64,000 nucleotides of DNA from an uncultured virus (IMG/VR IMGVR_UViG_3300042391_000264) (IMGVR_UViG_3300042391_000264), one strand, 5' to 3'; numbered from the stretch's first letter, positions 17,747-28,114 are shown. A program made the numbers and translations. The notes: generated by a model from the sequence alone, not told the origin.

Positions 17747-20700
17747 ATTCCTCGTCCGCAGTCAGCCTGTCAATGTAGGTCTCGTCAATAAGACCTTGCA
17801 AGCGCTTATCAATGTGCAGACCGTGCTGGGCTTTCGCCGATTTTGTTGCACGTTCCTTAATAGACTTGATAATGCTACGCGCAGGAATTGCGGAGCTTGG
17901 GTGCTTTTCGTTGAACTTCATGATCTTCTCAAACGCTTTCTCGTTGGCATCTGCATCATTCGCCATGAACGATATGCCAAAGAGGTTCAACAGGTTCTGG
18001 CGCTCCTTTAAGATCGCCTGCTCCTGACCCTTCTTCGTAATGTTGTAGTACTGAATCTCAGCAATCTCAGCGGGCCGGAATCCCAAAGACTGCATGAGCA
18101 AGTCCATAGGGCCAATATCCTGTGCCAGCGGGTCACCCTTCAGCGTGTTCACACCCTCGCGGGCGTAACGGGCAGCGACCAATGGCTGCTTGATAAAACC
18201 CGGTGACACAGCTTCGATCGCCCGGTCTGCGTGGCCTTGGTTGTACAGGTCAACCGCACGAGCCGCATTGACCGCGATGCCCGCAGTTGGGCCAAGCATG
18301 CTGACCAAGAATTCCTGCAAAGCTGTGGCTTCGTCGGTATTTTTACGACCGTCGCGGAACCACATGTCGTCAAGAGAAACCCGGCTGTGTAAGTCAACAC
18401 CGGCAGCGTTGCCCGCTCCGCGTGTCATAAACATGCCGAGGTTCTTGCCAAATGTCTCAGATGCCCAGTTCATGTACTCAAGCTCAAAGTCAAATGGTTC
18501 TTCGTCGTCATCCCCAAGGCCGTTTATCACAGCATTGACAACCGCCGCAGCGGAGGAGAAGCCCCACAAGCCTGTTGAGCCAGCAAATATGCCAGTCATA
18601 CCCATCGTTCCTACAAACCGTGCGCGTGCTTCACGTTTGATTTCAGGCGTTGCGCCAGCCAGCGACTGTTGTAAGTTACGAGCAAGATAAAAAGTCATCT
18701 GCTGCGGGAACTGCTTGAATTGCAAGAGAATCCGGGCCGCAGGAGACTGCATGTAGCGGGGCTTGTTGACCGACGAGTAGTCAAACATTGACTGCGTGGT
18801 TACATTCTTTGCGTCGGCGATGGACTCTGTAAACGCTTTCTGCTGGTCTTTGTACCCGGCACGTTTCTCCATGCCCGTACGGAACGCAGACATGGCAACC
18901 ACCTCACGGTTAAACCGCTCGGCGTTGTGGAACAGCGCAGATACAGCCTGCATGGCCCGGTGGCGCATCCCGCCATATTCTGCCGTTGGTGCAGATGCAA
19001 GCCCGGACTGATCATAAGCAGCGGTTATATCGATAACGCCATCGGCTACAAATCTGTTATATGCAGCCCGATCCATTTTGCTCATGCTGCTGGAGCGGTC
19101 AAGTGACGGGAACAGGACGTAGTTGTCGCGTAGACGTGGGCCCCGGTCTACTGAGAACCCTGTCGCCATAATTTGCATGGCTGCGTTTTTCATCTGCCCC
19201 AACGACGCCATTGTTGCGGCGGTGTACGACATGTTCGGGTTCATGCGTAGTTGATGGCTGACCAGTGTTGGCAGGCCAATCACCATACCACCCAATATGT
19301 TGGTTGCAGCGGATGCAACGGACGTTAGGTAGTAGATAAACCCAACATTTGACAGCAGAGATACAACCGAGCCCACATCCTCTGGGTTGAGGATGGTGGA
19401 CATACGACGCTCAAGCTCGTCAACATAGTCGCTTAGCTCGTTGTTCTCCCGCATGACTTCTAAATCGGCTCTGTTACCAACGTCCTTGCGATCTTTTATC
19501 TGAGCGTTAGCAGCGGTAATCTGAGAGAACAGCTCTGGCGAATACTCAAAACGTGACATCTGGTACGCCATGTGAAACGACGAAGACGAGAAGTTACGCA
19601 GTGCATCTTGCGAAAAACCTTCAATAGATTTACGGTGAATAAACCTGTTACGGAAACTTGTCTCCGGCTGGTTGGCCAACCATGTCTGGTACAGCTCATC
19701 TTTTAGACCTTGTTTGTCGCTCATCTTAGATTTGTCCACGGCGGCAAACGCGGCTTTAAGGAACGAGGACTCCCTAGCGTACATGTCCATTTGCTTCTGG
19801 TATTTGCTACCTTCTCGAAAACTTTTTTCGTCAGCTAATTCTGGGTTTCGTGCAAGTCGCTCAGTTAAGTGTGCTTGTTTTTCACCCGACGTTTCAAACA
19901 TGTAGTACTCACGGTCGTCGCCTTTGCCGACCTGATACCAGAAACGCCCGTAGCGCATGAGTGGGAAGTACGGCCCTTTCCGAGAGTTCTTCTCAAACTC
20001 GTTGCGTATTTCGTTGATTGTTGCTTCAGAAACACCGTATTTACGCATAAGCTGAACGCGCTGCCTCAGCGTGCGTTTGTACTCACTAAAACGTTTTTCG
20101 TAGAAGTTACGCACATCCCGGTAAACTTGTTTGGCCTCGGGATTTAGCGCATTCCACTGCGTCATCAAATCCACGTTATCGTTGCGCTGCTGCGTCGTGG
20201 CTTTATCTGGGTCAACTTCCGAAATCGTGGCCCGGTGCATGACCGCGCCTAGCTTACGCGACATGTCAGGGTTTATAACCTGCAAGCGTTCCCACCGCTT
20301 GGTTATAACGCCGGACTCGTTAAGAATCTGGTTTTTGCGGGATAGGTATTCTTCTGTAACTCTGATGAAGTTGCCGACTTGGGGAATGCGATTGTTGACC
20401 AGATCACCAAGTTGATTCAAAGTCAAACCGCCTAGGGCAATGGGTCGTAAGCTAGCTTTCAAGCTAGAGTAGAAGATTGGCCATTGCGACTGCACTTCAT
20501 CCCACGAACGAGATGTCATCATGTTTTTGATAGCGGTCTTGGAGTCCGGCCTACCTACAGGCATGCGTTTACCCGCCATCGCTCTTGGCTTGCCAGCCAT
20601 TAACTCTTTGCCCGCAACTCCGCCCATTAACATGGCGTCAGTGGCGAAGATGACTTCGTCAAGAACGTTGCTTTCGTCAGTGTCCACAATTTTGAAGAGC

Positions 20701-23700
20701 TTGCGTATGCCGTCTGTGAACCGGCTCATCAACGAGTATCCCGAAGCCTTGTACCGAATAGCCCGCAGCATCGCCTGAAACTCTGGGTTGGTCATTGCTT
20801 CGGACACAAACTCGTGAATGTTTGTCAATCCGTATATGGTGGACTTGGTCAACCCTTTAAGGGCTAGCGTAGCCTTGGAGTGATTGAACAATTCATTCAA
20901 CTGGTCGTAACCCTGCCGACGGATGCCCGTCAGCGAATCTGGGTTAGAAATTAAATGCTCTGCTGTTGCATGCACGGCTTCGTGCAAAAACATATGGTTG
21001 GTAAGCGTTCCGACGCGCAAGGATATTGTGTCTGTGCTGGGGTCGTACTTACCGTTCCAGTTGTATTGCTCGTCAAAAAATGTTGCCGCATCGTTTAACA
21101 GTTGGTTTTGCCCGTCTGTGAAGTTGCCGGACTCGCTGTTTATAGATTCAAACGCCTCCACCAACTCGCCAATTTTGTTGGACTCTAGTTGGCGCACTAT
21201 TTCAGCTTGCTTGTTTTGTGGCAGAGTAGTGATAACCAAGTCGCGGAGCGCAGTCAGGTAGCCATCCAATGTTGCAGGTATACCCGGGTCGTTAGACAGG
21301 GGCGACACCTTGTCCGCGCTAACCAGCTCTGTCTTAGCGGTGATGTCGGCGTCAAGCAGACGTTGCGCCAGCAGAGCAAAGTATGGGTCAGCTTTGGACT
21401 GCGCCATTAACTCCAACACGAGCTTAGTGTCGCCCGCTTCAATTGCACGTTTGATAGCAGGATGCACCTCATACAGCTTGCGCGTACGGGGTAGATTTTT
21501 TGTGGGTATTTCCGGCTCTACGTTTTCTTCCTGCTCGCCAAGTTCTGTTTCCGTAATCCGCTGACTTATGCGTTTTTTGGGGGCCTTTGGTATTTTTGTA
21601 CCCGTACTTTTTTCTGTGTCTACCCGAAGTTTTTCCGCACGCTCTTCTAGTTTCTTTCGATACGACGAGACTGCTTTCTCAAACGCGGCGTTGGCTTCAG
21701 CCGTAGCTTTGTGGTCCGCAATCAAATCATCCAAACGGTCAACCGTATCGGCACTAAGATTTTGCTCGATCCAAGTACGGAAATCCCGTGCGTACTTGCC
21801 GCCCTCGCCGTAAAACGTGGAGTTAGCACCGTAGTTACGTGGGTCCAGCTCAAACATAGCAAGATCAAAAGCTAAGTCACGAAGCACGTCTCCGAAAGTC
21901 TCGCGGTTGGTATTTTGCAAATACGAGACGGCTGCTTTAGCTTGAGCCGAAAGTTTTGAACCCATCTGCAACAGTTCACGAAGGACCCGTGCTGCGGTAC
22001 GCAGCTTAACGTCAGAGATACGGTACGTTTTTTCAACTGTACGTTGCTCAGGGCGGCGTGGTTTACCGCTTTCAAGCGGTGGAAACTCCGCAGTTTCTCC
22101 AACAAGCTGTGATATATCTTCGGTGTAGGGCACCGGCTTACCAGTAAACGGGGAAATACCGGTCTTCTTAAGTGAGGAAAGCACGCTATCACCTGTGCCC
22201 GGCAGCTGCTCTAAATACTCTTGCACTTGCGAGCTAAACTGCTCCATGCCGCGACGTGTAGTCAGGTCTGGTAAGCCAGCACGTTTAAACATTCCCGACT
22301 GAAGTTCAGCGGGCGCGGCCTTTAGCCTAGATAGTAGTTCTTGGAAAGAATTCATTCCGCCCACGCGGTTAGCCAAGTACCGCAGCGCAGCTTGCACACC
22401 CGGCGAGGTTGTCTCACCGGGTTTGGCAATATCAAACTCAAGGAGAGCACCAGCGGCGGCGTTCTTTGGCGCAGCGTGCTTCTCTTGTTCAGCAGGCGTA
22501 GCGGACGTTGTCTTTATAGCGTCAAAGAAGTCCTTAATTTGTGAGCCTTCTTTTGTCTGAGCGACATGCTCGGTGCTAACAATAGGAGCAGCCTCCCGCT
22601 TAACCGGAGTTTCTGCGGCTGCTTCTTCAGCAACAACTTGGTCAGCAACGGACTCACCCTCGATAGGAGCACCAAACTCATCGCGCTTGGCTTCGCGTGC
22701 AGCTTTCCGCTCGCTCAAAAGTTCGATGCGCTTGTCCCTGTTTTCACTGCTAACGGGCAAAGCTTTTTTCTGCCCAAGCTCACCAGTCTCCATACCGGGG
22801 AGTTCTTCGGCAGTTTGGGGTGTTTGTTCTTTACGCTGACGTGATTCAATCGCGGCATTTTTTTCTTTAGTCGAGCGATACGCGTCAAACCTATCTTGGT
22901 TTTCTAAGTCCAGTTCGCTTGACTCAATTGTTCCGGCGGGCTTAAAAACATCCGCCAAGCTTTCTGGCTTGTCGGTGCCCACGTTGGGAGCGGGTTGCTT
23001 ATCGTTAAATAGATCGCCCTTCATAGCCCGAGGTTGCCCCGTTTTAGGCGTTCTAACCATGTAATCCACACGGTCTTCAAAGCCGTTACGTGCGTACCAT
23101 GCTTTTAATTCTTTTTGAGATAACCCACCCAGTGCTGAGTCTGGGCTGGCAGATGGTACAAGCGCCAGTGTTTTTCCGTTGCTATCCGCCCAATTTGTAA
23201 TTGAGTTTAAAAGTTCTGTACCAGCGCCTTTGCTTCGCTCCGACGTACCCATACCCGTAATAAAGGTAGCTCCCGCGAGGCTACTATCAAGGTTGTTATC
23301 TTCATCAAGAGTTTTAAATCCAGCTGACGCAATAGGGGCTCCGCCTTTTTCATTCGCGGGTATGAATGCACCGCGTTCGTTTACCATCGCTGGCCGAACT
23401 AAGCTGCCTCGCATAGCCCGAGGCTGCGAACTGGACGTTGTGTCTATTCTGCGTTGTATGTCTTGCAGCGCTTGACTAGCGTCAAACGTCGGGTCTTTCA
23501 TGGCCTGTGCAAGTTCACTGTTGAGAATGAGGCTTGCGTTGGCACCAATAACGTTGGATAAGTCGCGCTGAACCAGCTTTAGCCGACGTTCGTCAGAAGG
23601 TGACAGGCTAGGCAGCTGGATTATTTCAATAGCTTCTTGCTTGAGGTCGTTGTACTGGCGTTTAAAATCGTCAAATCGTTCAGATATTAGTGCAGCGGCA

Positions 23701-24929
23701 GGCTGTCCTTTTCCAGCATCAAGTCGTCCAGCATCCGATTCAGTAGATACCACTCTACTTGATTTAGTGCCACCAACTCCTCCGGGGGGCTGTTCATCTC
23801 CGGGCTCGCCAGCCACTTCAGTGCTTTCTCCACCTGCTGGTTCGTCAATTCTTGCAACATCTTCGTCTCCCGCAAGTGTGTCTAAGATTGTTTGGCCTTT
23901 GGCCGGTTTTTTCTTGCCCTCTGGCCCTTTGCCAAACGCCACATCGGTAGCAGCAGTTATACCTGCGCCACCAAAGCCACCCTTCAACCCGCTGTTGATG
24001 AAGCGCTCAAAGTTCTTCTCAGAGAAAAACTCTTGGTTCTCATCCACAAACTTCTCAGCGGCGGCGGATGAAACTTCTTGCAACGCTTCGGTACCGCCCT
24101 CGGTTACAAACCCTTTTGCGGCCCCCTTGCCAGCACGTTTGTACCAAGCAGCAGCCACTGCTTCGGGGCTAATACCTGTCTTGGTGAATTTACGTAGCAA
24201 ATTGATAGGCAGGATTGCGTCCAGCGCGGCATTGAATCCACCAAACGCAAGCGCAGCACCGAGGTCTTGCTGACCCGTGGCTTCGTAGATGTTCTGATAA
24301 ACGTCCGGGATGTTCTGCGCGGCAGAACCTACCACTGCACCCGCAGCTTGGGACCTAAGCGCAATTTTCTGGGCTTCTTTAGCACCGGCGCTGATAGCTG
24401 CATCTCTGATACTGTCCAAAGTTTCTTTGGTAAGTACGTTCTTGGCGGCTGCTCGTGTTACTTCTTGCACGGCTATCCGTTCGGCGGCTTGCGTAGCTGC
24501 GGCTGTAGCCCCACGCGCAGCGATACCACCAACTCCACCTGTAACCAAGCTTGGAATAAGCGAAGGGATTGCCTCGCCGATGGCTTCCTTAATGTAGGTC
24601 AACGCGTCGCCAACACCCCCAATGTCTTTGTAGGACGCAATTTCAGCGGGGTATAGGCGTTCAGTTTCTTTCTGATACGCAGCAGCTTCTTCCAACTGCT
24701 TCTTGGCGTACTCTTCATTCCCGGTGGCTCTGCCCACCATCGCAGGGATGATGTCTGTGGCAAGTGAGGCAAGGCCGCGCCCGCCACGCTTGATAGACGG
24801 AATGAACCCGGATTCGCCCCTTTCTTCAGGGACTACTTCCTTAAACGGGTCAACAATAGACCGCTTCCGCGTAGCAAAAGGGTCAACAATAGATCGCCCC
24901 TGCGTATCAAACGGATCAATGATCGGCAT
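17745..24929 (-). CDS. Giant polyvalent/ejection protein (GNAT, zincin MPTase, PLxRFG-like domains)
   Basis: 2394 aa; RSKGAGTELL...WYARNGF (GNAT); LHEAVH...EFVSE (zincin); YFPLMRYG; last gene of the virion arm. Confidence 0.8.
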   Translation of the reverse strand: MPIIDPFDTQGRSIVDPFATRKRSIVDPFKEVVPEERGESGFIPSIKRGGRGLASLATDIIPAMVGRATGNEEYAKKQLEEAAAYQKETERLYPAEIASYKDIGGVGDALTYIKEAIGEAIPSLIPSLVTGGVGGIAARGATAAATQAAERIAVQEVTRAAAKNVLTKETLDSIRDAAISAGAKEAQKIALRSQAAGAVVGSAAQNIPDVYQNIYEATGQQDLGAALAFGGFNAALDAILPINLLRKFTKTGISPEAVAAAWYKRAGKGAAKGFVTEGGTEALQEVSSAAAEKFVDENQEFFSEKNFERFINSGLKGGFGGAGITAATDVAFGKGPEGKKKPAKGQTILDTLAGDEDVARIDEPAGGESTEVAGEPGDEQPPGGVGGTKSSRVVSTESDAGRLDAGKGQPAAALISERFDDFKRQYNDLKQEAIEIIQLPSLSPSDERRLKLVQRDLSNVIGANASLILNSELAQAMKDPTFDASQALQDIQRRIDTTSSSQPRAMRGSLVRPAMVNERGAFIPANEKGGAPIASAGFKTLDEDNNLDSSLAGATFITGMGTSERSKGAGTELLNSITNWADSNGKTLALVPSASPDSALGGLSQKELKAWYARNGFEDRVDYMVRTPKTGQPRAMKGDLFNDKQPAPNVGTDKPESLADVFKPAGTIESSELDLENQDRFDAYRSTKEKNAAIESRQRKEQTPQTAEELPGMETGELGQKKALPVSSENRDKRIELLSERKAAREAKRDEFGAPIEGESVADQVVAEEAAAETPVKREAAPIVSTEHVAQTKEGSQIKDFFDAIKTTSATPAEQEKHAAPKNAAAGALLEFDIAKPGETTSPGVQAALRYLANRVGGMNSFQELLSRLKAAPAELQSGMFKRAGLPDLTTRRGMEQFSSQVQEYLEQLPGTGDSVLSSLKKTGISPFTGKPVPYTEDISQLVGETAEFPPLESGKPRRPEQRTVEKTYRISDVKLRTAARVLRELLQMGSKLSAQAKAAVSYLQNTNRETFGDVLRDLAFDLAMFELDPRNYGANSTFYGEGGKYARDFRTWIEQNLSADTVDRLDDLIADHKATAEANAAFEKAVSSYRKKLEERAEKLRVDTEKSTGTKIPKAPKKRISQRITETELGEQEENVEPEIPTKNLPRTRKLYEVHPAIKRAIEAGDTKLVLELMAQSKADPYFALLAQRLLDADITAKTELVSADKVSPLSNDPGIPATLDGYLTALRDLVITTLPQNKQAEIVRQLESNKIGELVEAFESINSESGNFTDGQNQLLNDAATFFDEQYNWNGKYDPSTDTISLRVGTLTNHMFLHEAVHATAEHLISNPDSLTGIRRQGYDQLNELFNHSKATLALKGLTKSTIYGLTNIHEFVSEAMTNPEFQAMLRAIRYKASGYSLMSRFTDGIRKLFKIVDTDESNVLDEVIFATDAMLMGGVAGKELMAGKPRAMAGKRMPVGRPDSKTAIKNMMTSRSWDEVQSQWPIFYSSLKASLRPIALGGLTLNQLGDLVNNRIPQVGNFIRVTEEYLSRKNQILNESGVITKRWERLQVINPDMSRKLGAVMHRATISEVDPDKATTQQRNDNVDLMTQWNALNPEAKQVYRDVRNFYEKRFSEYKRTLRQRVQLMRKYGVSEATINEIRNEFEKNSRKGPYFPLMRYGRFWYQVGKGDDREYYMFETSGEKQAHLTERLARNPELADEKSFREGSKYQKQMDMYARESSFLKAAFAAVDKSKMSDKQGLKDELYQTWLANQPETSFRNRFIHRKSIEGFSQDALRNFSSSSFHMAYQMSRFEYSPELFSQITAANAQIKDRKDVGNRADLEVMRENNELSDYVDELERRMSTILNPEDVGSVVSLLSNVGFIYYLTSVASAATNILGGMVIGLPTLVSHQLRMNPNMSYTAATMASLGQMKNAAMQIMATGFSVDRGPRLRDNYVLFPSLDRSSSMSKMDRAAYNRFVADGVIDITAAYDQSGLASAPTAEYGGMRHRAMQAVSALFHNAERFNREVVAMSAFRTGMEKRAGYKDQQKAFTESIADAKNVTTQSMFDYSSVNKPRYMQSPAARILLQFKQFPQQMTFYLARNLQQSLAGATPEIKREARARFVGTMGMTGIFAGSTGLWGFSSAAAVVNAVINGLGDDDEEPFDFELEYMNWASETFGKNLGMFMTRGAGNAAGVDLHSRVSLDDMWFRDGRKNTDEATALQEFLVSMLGPTAGIAVNAARAVDLYNQGHADRAIEAVSPGFIKQPLVAARYAREGVNTLKGDPLAQDIGPMDLLMQSLGFRPAEIAEIQYYNITKKGQEQAILKERQNLLNLFGISFMANDADANEKAFEKIMKFNEKHPSSAIPARSIIKSIKERATKSAKAQHGLHIDKRLQGLIDETYIDRLTADEE

Positions 24930-24938
24930 GGTGATCCC

Positions 24939-27653
24939 TTATTTGTAATTGTCGGCGTAGTATGCCTCTAATTCTGCGTCAGAAACACCGGGGTTAAGTT
25001 TTCTAGCCGCTTCCATAAACGCTTCTTGCGAAGGTTTATTCAAAGCCTTGCCCGCGCCACCAACACCTGCGTATTTTTTATCAATCGCCGCAATTTTATC
25101 TTCTAAGACCTTTACTCGGGCTACATTTTTAGGGTCAGTGCTGCCCGAAAGGAGCGACACTTGGTCAGCCAAACCTTTGACCAGCTGGGCATCACCCGGG
25201 CTGTACGTAACTGCCTTTTTTGAGCCTTCGTAACGAGCGCCAAGGGCCCTCGCCCGGTTTTTCTCGTACAGCTCCAAGCCTTTTTCGCCAGTTTGACCCA
25301 TATACGAACGTTTGCCGGAACCAATATCGCTAAGGTCTTGCATTGAACGCTCTGTTTCGCTCGGCCTGTTTGCTGCGGCAGAAGCACGGCGATCAGCAGC
25401 GGCATTGTTCTCGCGGTTTTGCAGCTGTGCAAATACAGCTGCCGTGACTGTGTTTGCCCTTGCACGCGTTTCGGCACCAGCCTCTCTTACGCCTGTGTTA
25501 ATAAGCTCTTGAGCTTTTATCCGTGCGGTAGAAATGTTGCTGTTGGCCGACCGTATTTCTTTAGCGGACATTTCGCTGCGGTTCAGGCGCAAGTCTTCAA
25601 GGTCATCCATAGACTTGTCAAGGAGGTCTTTAGCGGTTTGAATTTTCTCCAGACCCGACGCAAACGCCTCGGTGCCCACTTTAGCGCCTTTACCAATTGC
25701 TTTAGCTAAACCCCCGGGTGTAGACATAATAGTCGCGCCCCCAAAAATAAGCGCCGTAGCCAGATTCTGGTCTTCGCGTTTGGTAATATCAGCTTTACGC
25801 GCATCAAGGCGTTTTTCGCGCCCATCGTAAGCCGTAGCAAACTTGGCCTGATCTGCCAAAAGCGCGGTCTTCTCGTCTTCTTTTTGTTTAATAAGTAAGT
25901 CACCTAGCTCTTTGGTTTGCGTTGCGTATGGATCGCCCTTATCTAGCTTTTTCATACGGTTGAAAATATCCTCTTGCACTTGCATGAGGTCTTTGCCACC
26001 TGTAGATGCCGCTGTAGTCATTGCTGGCCGCTCTCGCCCAGCGCCAATATCGGGTGGCAAAACTGCTGCTTTTTTGGCTTCGGGTGTGTTGCCCAAGCCT
26101 ACAGGGCTTGCAACAGGCGCAGCAGGGGTATTGATAGCAGTTTTACTAGGGGCAGTAAGCCTCCCAGCTTCAATATCTATGATGTCCGATAAGCCAACAG
26201 GTTTACCGCTGTTACGCAGCGCTTGCACTATGGCGTTAACTTGATCTCTAGTTAATTTTGGCCGGTTCTCTGCGATCTCTCCGGTAGAGCCCCCAAACTG
26301 AGGGTCCGTAACTAGGCCTTCGTCAGCAAACGCTACGATACCGCCACGGGCCATGCTTGCTTCAGTTGGCAGCATGCGGTCCATCATTTCATCAGAAGTT
26401 GCACTGGCAATACCACCTTGTCCGGATGCAGGCTGGGCTTGTGCGCGACGCTGTATTTCCTCATCAATCATGTCGATACGATTCTGGTCACGGTTCTGCT
26501 CTGCTATCTGTCTGGATTGCTGTAGCTGCTCGTCGGTCAGACCTTCCAGTATGCTGGACACCTTTGCGTCGCCCGTGATACCACCTACGGCCATGAACTT
26601 GGACAAGCCATAAGCAGCTGTGCCCGCGCCCACAAGCTGCGAACCCAAGCCCGGCTCAGCCTCGTACACTTGTCTGGTTGACTGTTGACCAAGCGGCAAA
26701 CCACGAATCATGTCGGACATAAAGCCCAACTGCTTGTATGGGTAGTTCTGCTGGTTCTGGAAGTCTTGGTAGGCTTGCGTCAGACCCTGTTGCTGTAACG
26801 CTTGTTGTTGACCGCCGTAAGCATTTTGCAGTTTGTTGATGTCCATACCTTGAGCAAATTCTTGCCCGCCAAGTGCGCCAAGTTGACCGGCACCTTGAAT
26901 CGCCGTCTGGAGACCCTGCATGCCGTAGCCCGCACCATACTGTTTGGACTGTTCTCCAAGCTGCTGCGCTTGCATACGGCGAGCTTGATCGGCATTAAAT
27001 TGAGCTTGTGCGTTCTCGTAGGAAGACTGAAGACCCCTAGCTTGAATATCGCCCTTTTGCGTAGCTAAATTTCGGTCGGCTTCAGCTTGCATAATGGCTT
27101 GACGGCCACCGCCAAAAGCACCGGACTTGGTTGCTTGGCTAGCTAACTGTGTATTGGCAATACCGCCTTGACGTTGAGCTTCACGCTGCTGGATATCAAC
27201 CACATTCTGCATGTACGGAGACATGTACTGTTGCGCGGAGCCCCCATCAAACTGGCCTGCTTGGAACTGTGTTGGGTCGTACTGAGCACCAAGAGCGCCC
27301 AAGCCCGCTGCGCCCGCGAGTTGAGTACCAAATCCAGTAGCTCCAGAAGTCTTCATGTTTGCAGCGTTTTGTTGCGATTGAAGCTGCATAGGACTGAAGC
27401 CCGCAATACGGTTAGCACCGTACGCCTGATAAGGGTTCTGACTTATGTCCGTCAGAGCGCTGGTTTTAGCCAGCGTATCTTTAGCGTAGCCCTTGGCCCA
27501 CTCAGGCAGTTCAGAAATTTGAGTTTGCGTTTGAGCAGGCTCACTACTACCGCCGCCACCGCCGCCATAAATGATGCGCCCACCCTCTTTACGGGTTACG
27601 CTTTCGCCGAGTGGTTCGCCTGCGGCATATAGTTGTCTGCGGGAGTAATTCAT
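24939..27653 (-). CDS. Internal virion/ejection (pilot-like) protein, 904 aa
   Basis: Gln/Ala/Gly-rich; YMSPY..NV, GAFGG.R, AYQDF.NQQNYPY.QLGF motifs; position before the giant protein. Confidence 0.7.
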   Translation of the reverse strand: MNYSRRQLYAAGEPLGESVTRKEGGRIIYGGGGGGSSEPAQTQTQISELPEWAKGYAKDTLAKTSALTDISQNPYQAYGANRIAGFSPMQLQSQQNAANMKTSGATGFGTQLAGAAGLGALGAQYDPTQFQAGQFDGGSAQQYMSPYMQNVVDIQQREAQRQGGIANTQLASQATKSGAFGGGRQAIMQAEADRNLATQKGDIQARGLQSSYENAQAQFNADQARRMQAQQLGEQSKQYGAGYGMQGLQTAIQGAGQLGALGGQEFAQGMDINKLQNAYGGQQQALQQQGLTQAYQDFQNQQNYPYKQLGFMSDMIRGLPLGQQSTRQVYEAEPGLGSQLVGAGTAAYGLSKFMAVGGITGDAKVSSILEGLTDEQLQQSRQIAEQNRDQNRIDMIDEEIQRRAQAQPASGQGGIASATSDEMMDRMLPTEASMARGGIVAFADEGLVTDPQFGGSTGEIAENRPKLTRDQVNAIVQALRNSGKPVGLSDIIDIEAGRLTAPSKTAINTPAAPVASPVGLGNTPEAKKAAVLPPDIGAGRERPAMTTAASTGGKDLMQVQEDIFNRMKKLDKGDPYATQTKELGDLLIKQKEDEKTALLADQAKFATAYDGREKRLDARKADITKREDQNLATALIFGGATIMSTPGGLAKAIGKGAKVGTEAFASGLEKIQTAKDLLDKSMDDLEDLRLNRSEMSAKEIRSANSNISTARIKAQELINTGVREAGAETRARANTVTAAVFAQLQNRENNAAADRRASAAANRPSETERSMQDLSDIGSGKRSYMGQTGEKGLELYEKNRARALGARYEGSKKAVTYSPGDAQLVKGLADQVSLLSGSTDPKNVARVKVLEDKIAAIDKKYAGVGGAGKALNKPSQEAFMEAARKLNPGVSDAELEAYYADNYK

Positions 27654-28114
27654 ACGGGCTCCATGCTCAGTATTTTTGTAAACAGCTTATCTGTCATTTT
27701 GTATCCAAGATACTCGAATAAGCGAGAGTTATCCAAATGAAGCTTGGTGTGCATAATAATTCTATGTACACCGGCATCTCTAAGCACATCTTCAGCGTAC
27801 TGGAACAGTCGTATCCCAGTTCGGCCTTGACGGAATTCTTTTTTCAAGAAGTAAATATCTTCAAACGCGGTTCTGCAAGACTTGTAGTGTAAATGAGGGT
27901 TGACTATAAAGATAGCGTAACCAATCAAGTCTCCATCTCTCCTGCAAGTGATGCACTTCAACATACCAGCTACACATAGCCTGCCGTACGCCTCGTAATC
28001 CGGGTTCAAAGGAAAATCCTTTGTAACACACAGCTCGTCGTAGTGCTCCGGCAAAATTAGCCGAAGCTCATCAATAAATACAGAAGGGTCAGCTTCTGCG
28101 TATACAGTTGTCAT
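27650..28114 (-). CDS. GNAT-family acetyltransferase in the virion module
   Basis: EDIYFLKKEFRQGRTGIRLF...LFEYLGY. Confidence 0.85.
   Translation of the reverse strand: MTTVYAEADPSVFIDELRLILPEHYDELCVTKDFPLNPDYEAYGRLCVAGMLKCITCRRDGDLIGYAIFIVNPHLHYKSCRTAFEDIYFLKKEFRQGRTGIRLFQYAEDVLRDAGVHRIIMHTKLHLDNSRLFEYLGYKMTDKLFTKILSMEPV

Noticed and set aside
23687..23875. Overprinted 62-aa ORF inside the giant gene
   Set aside because: It reads protein-like (KALKWL...LNQVEWYLL) and overlaps a disordered linker, but I have no independent support; conservation data would be needed.
17745..24929. N4-like virion RNA polymerase reading hairpin promoters (the palindromic boxes)
   Set aside because: I found no polymerase catalytic motifs by eye, early genes have sigma70-type promoters, and the boxes occur in both orientations.
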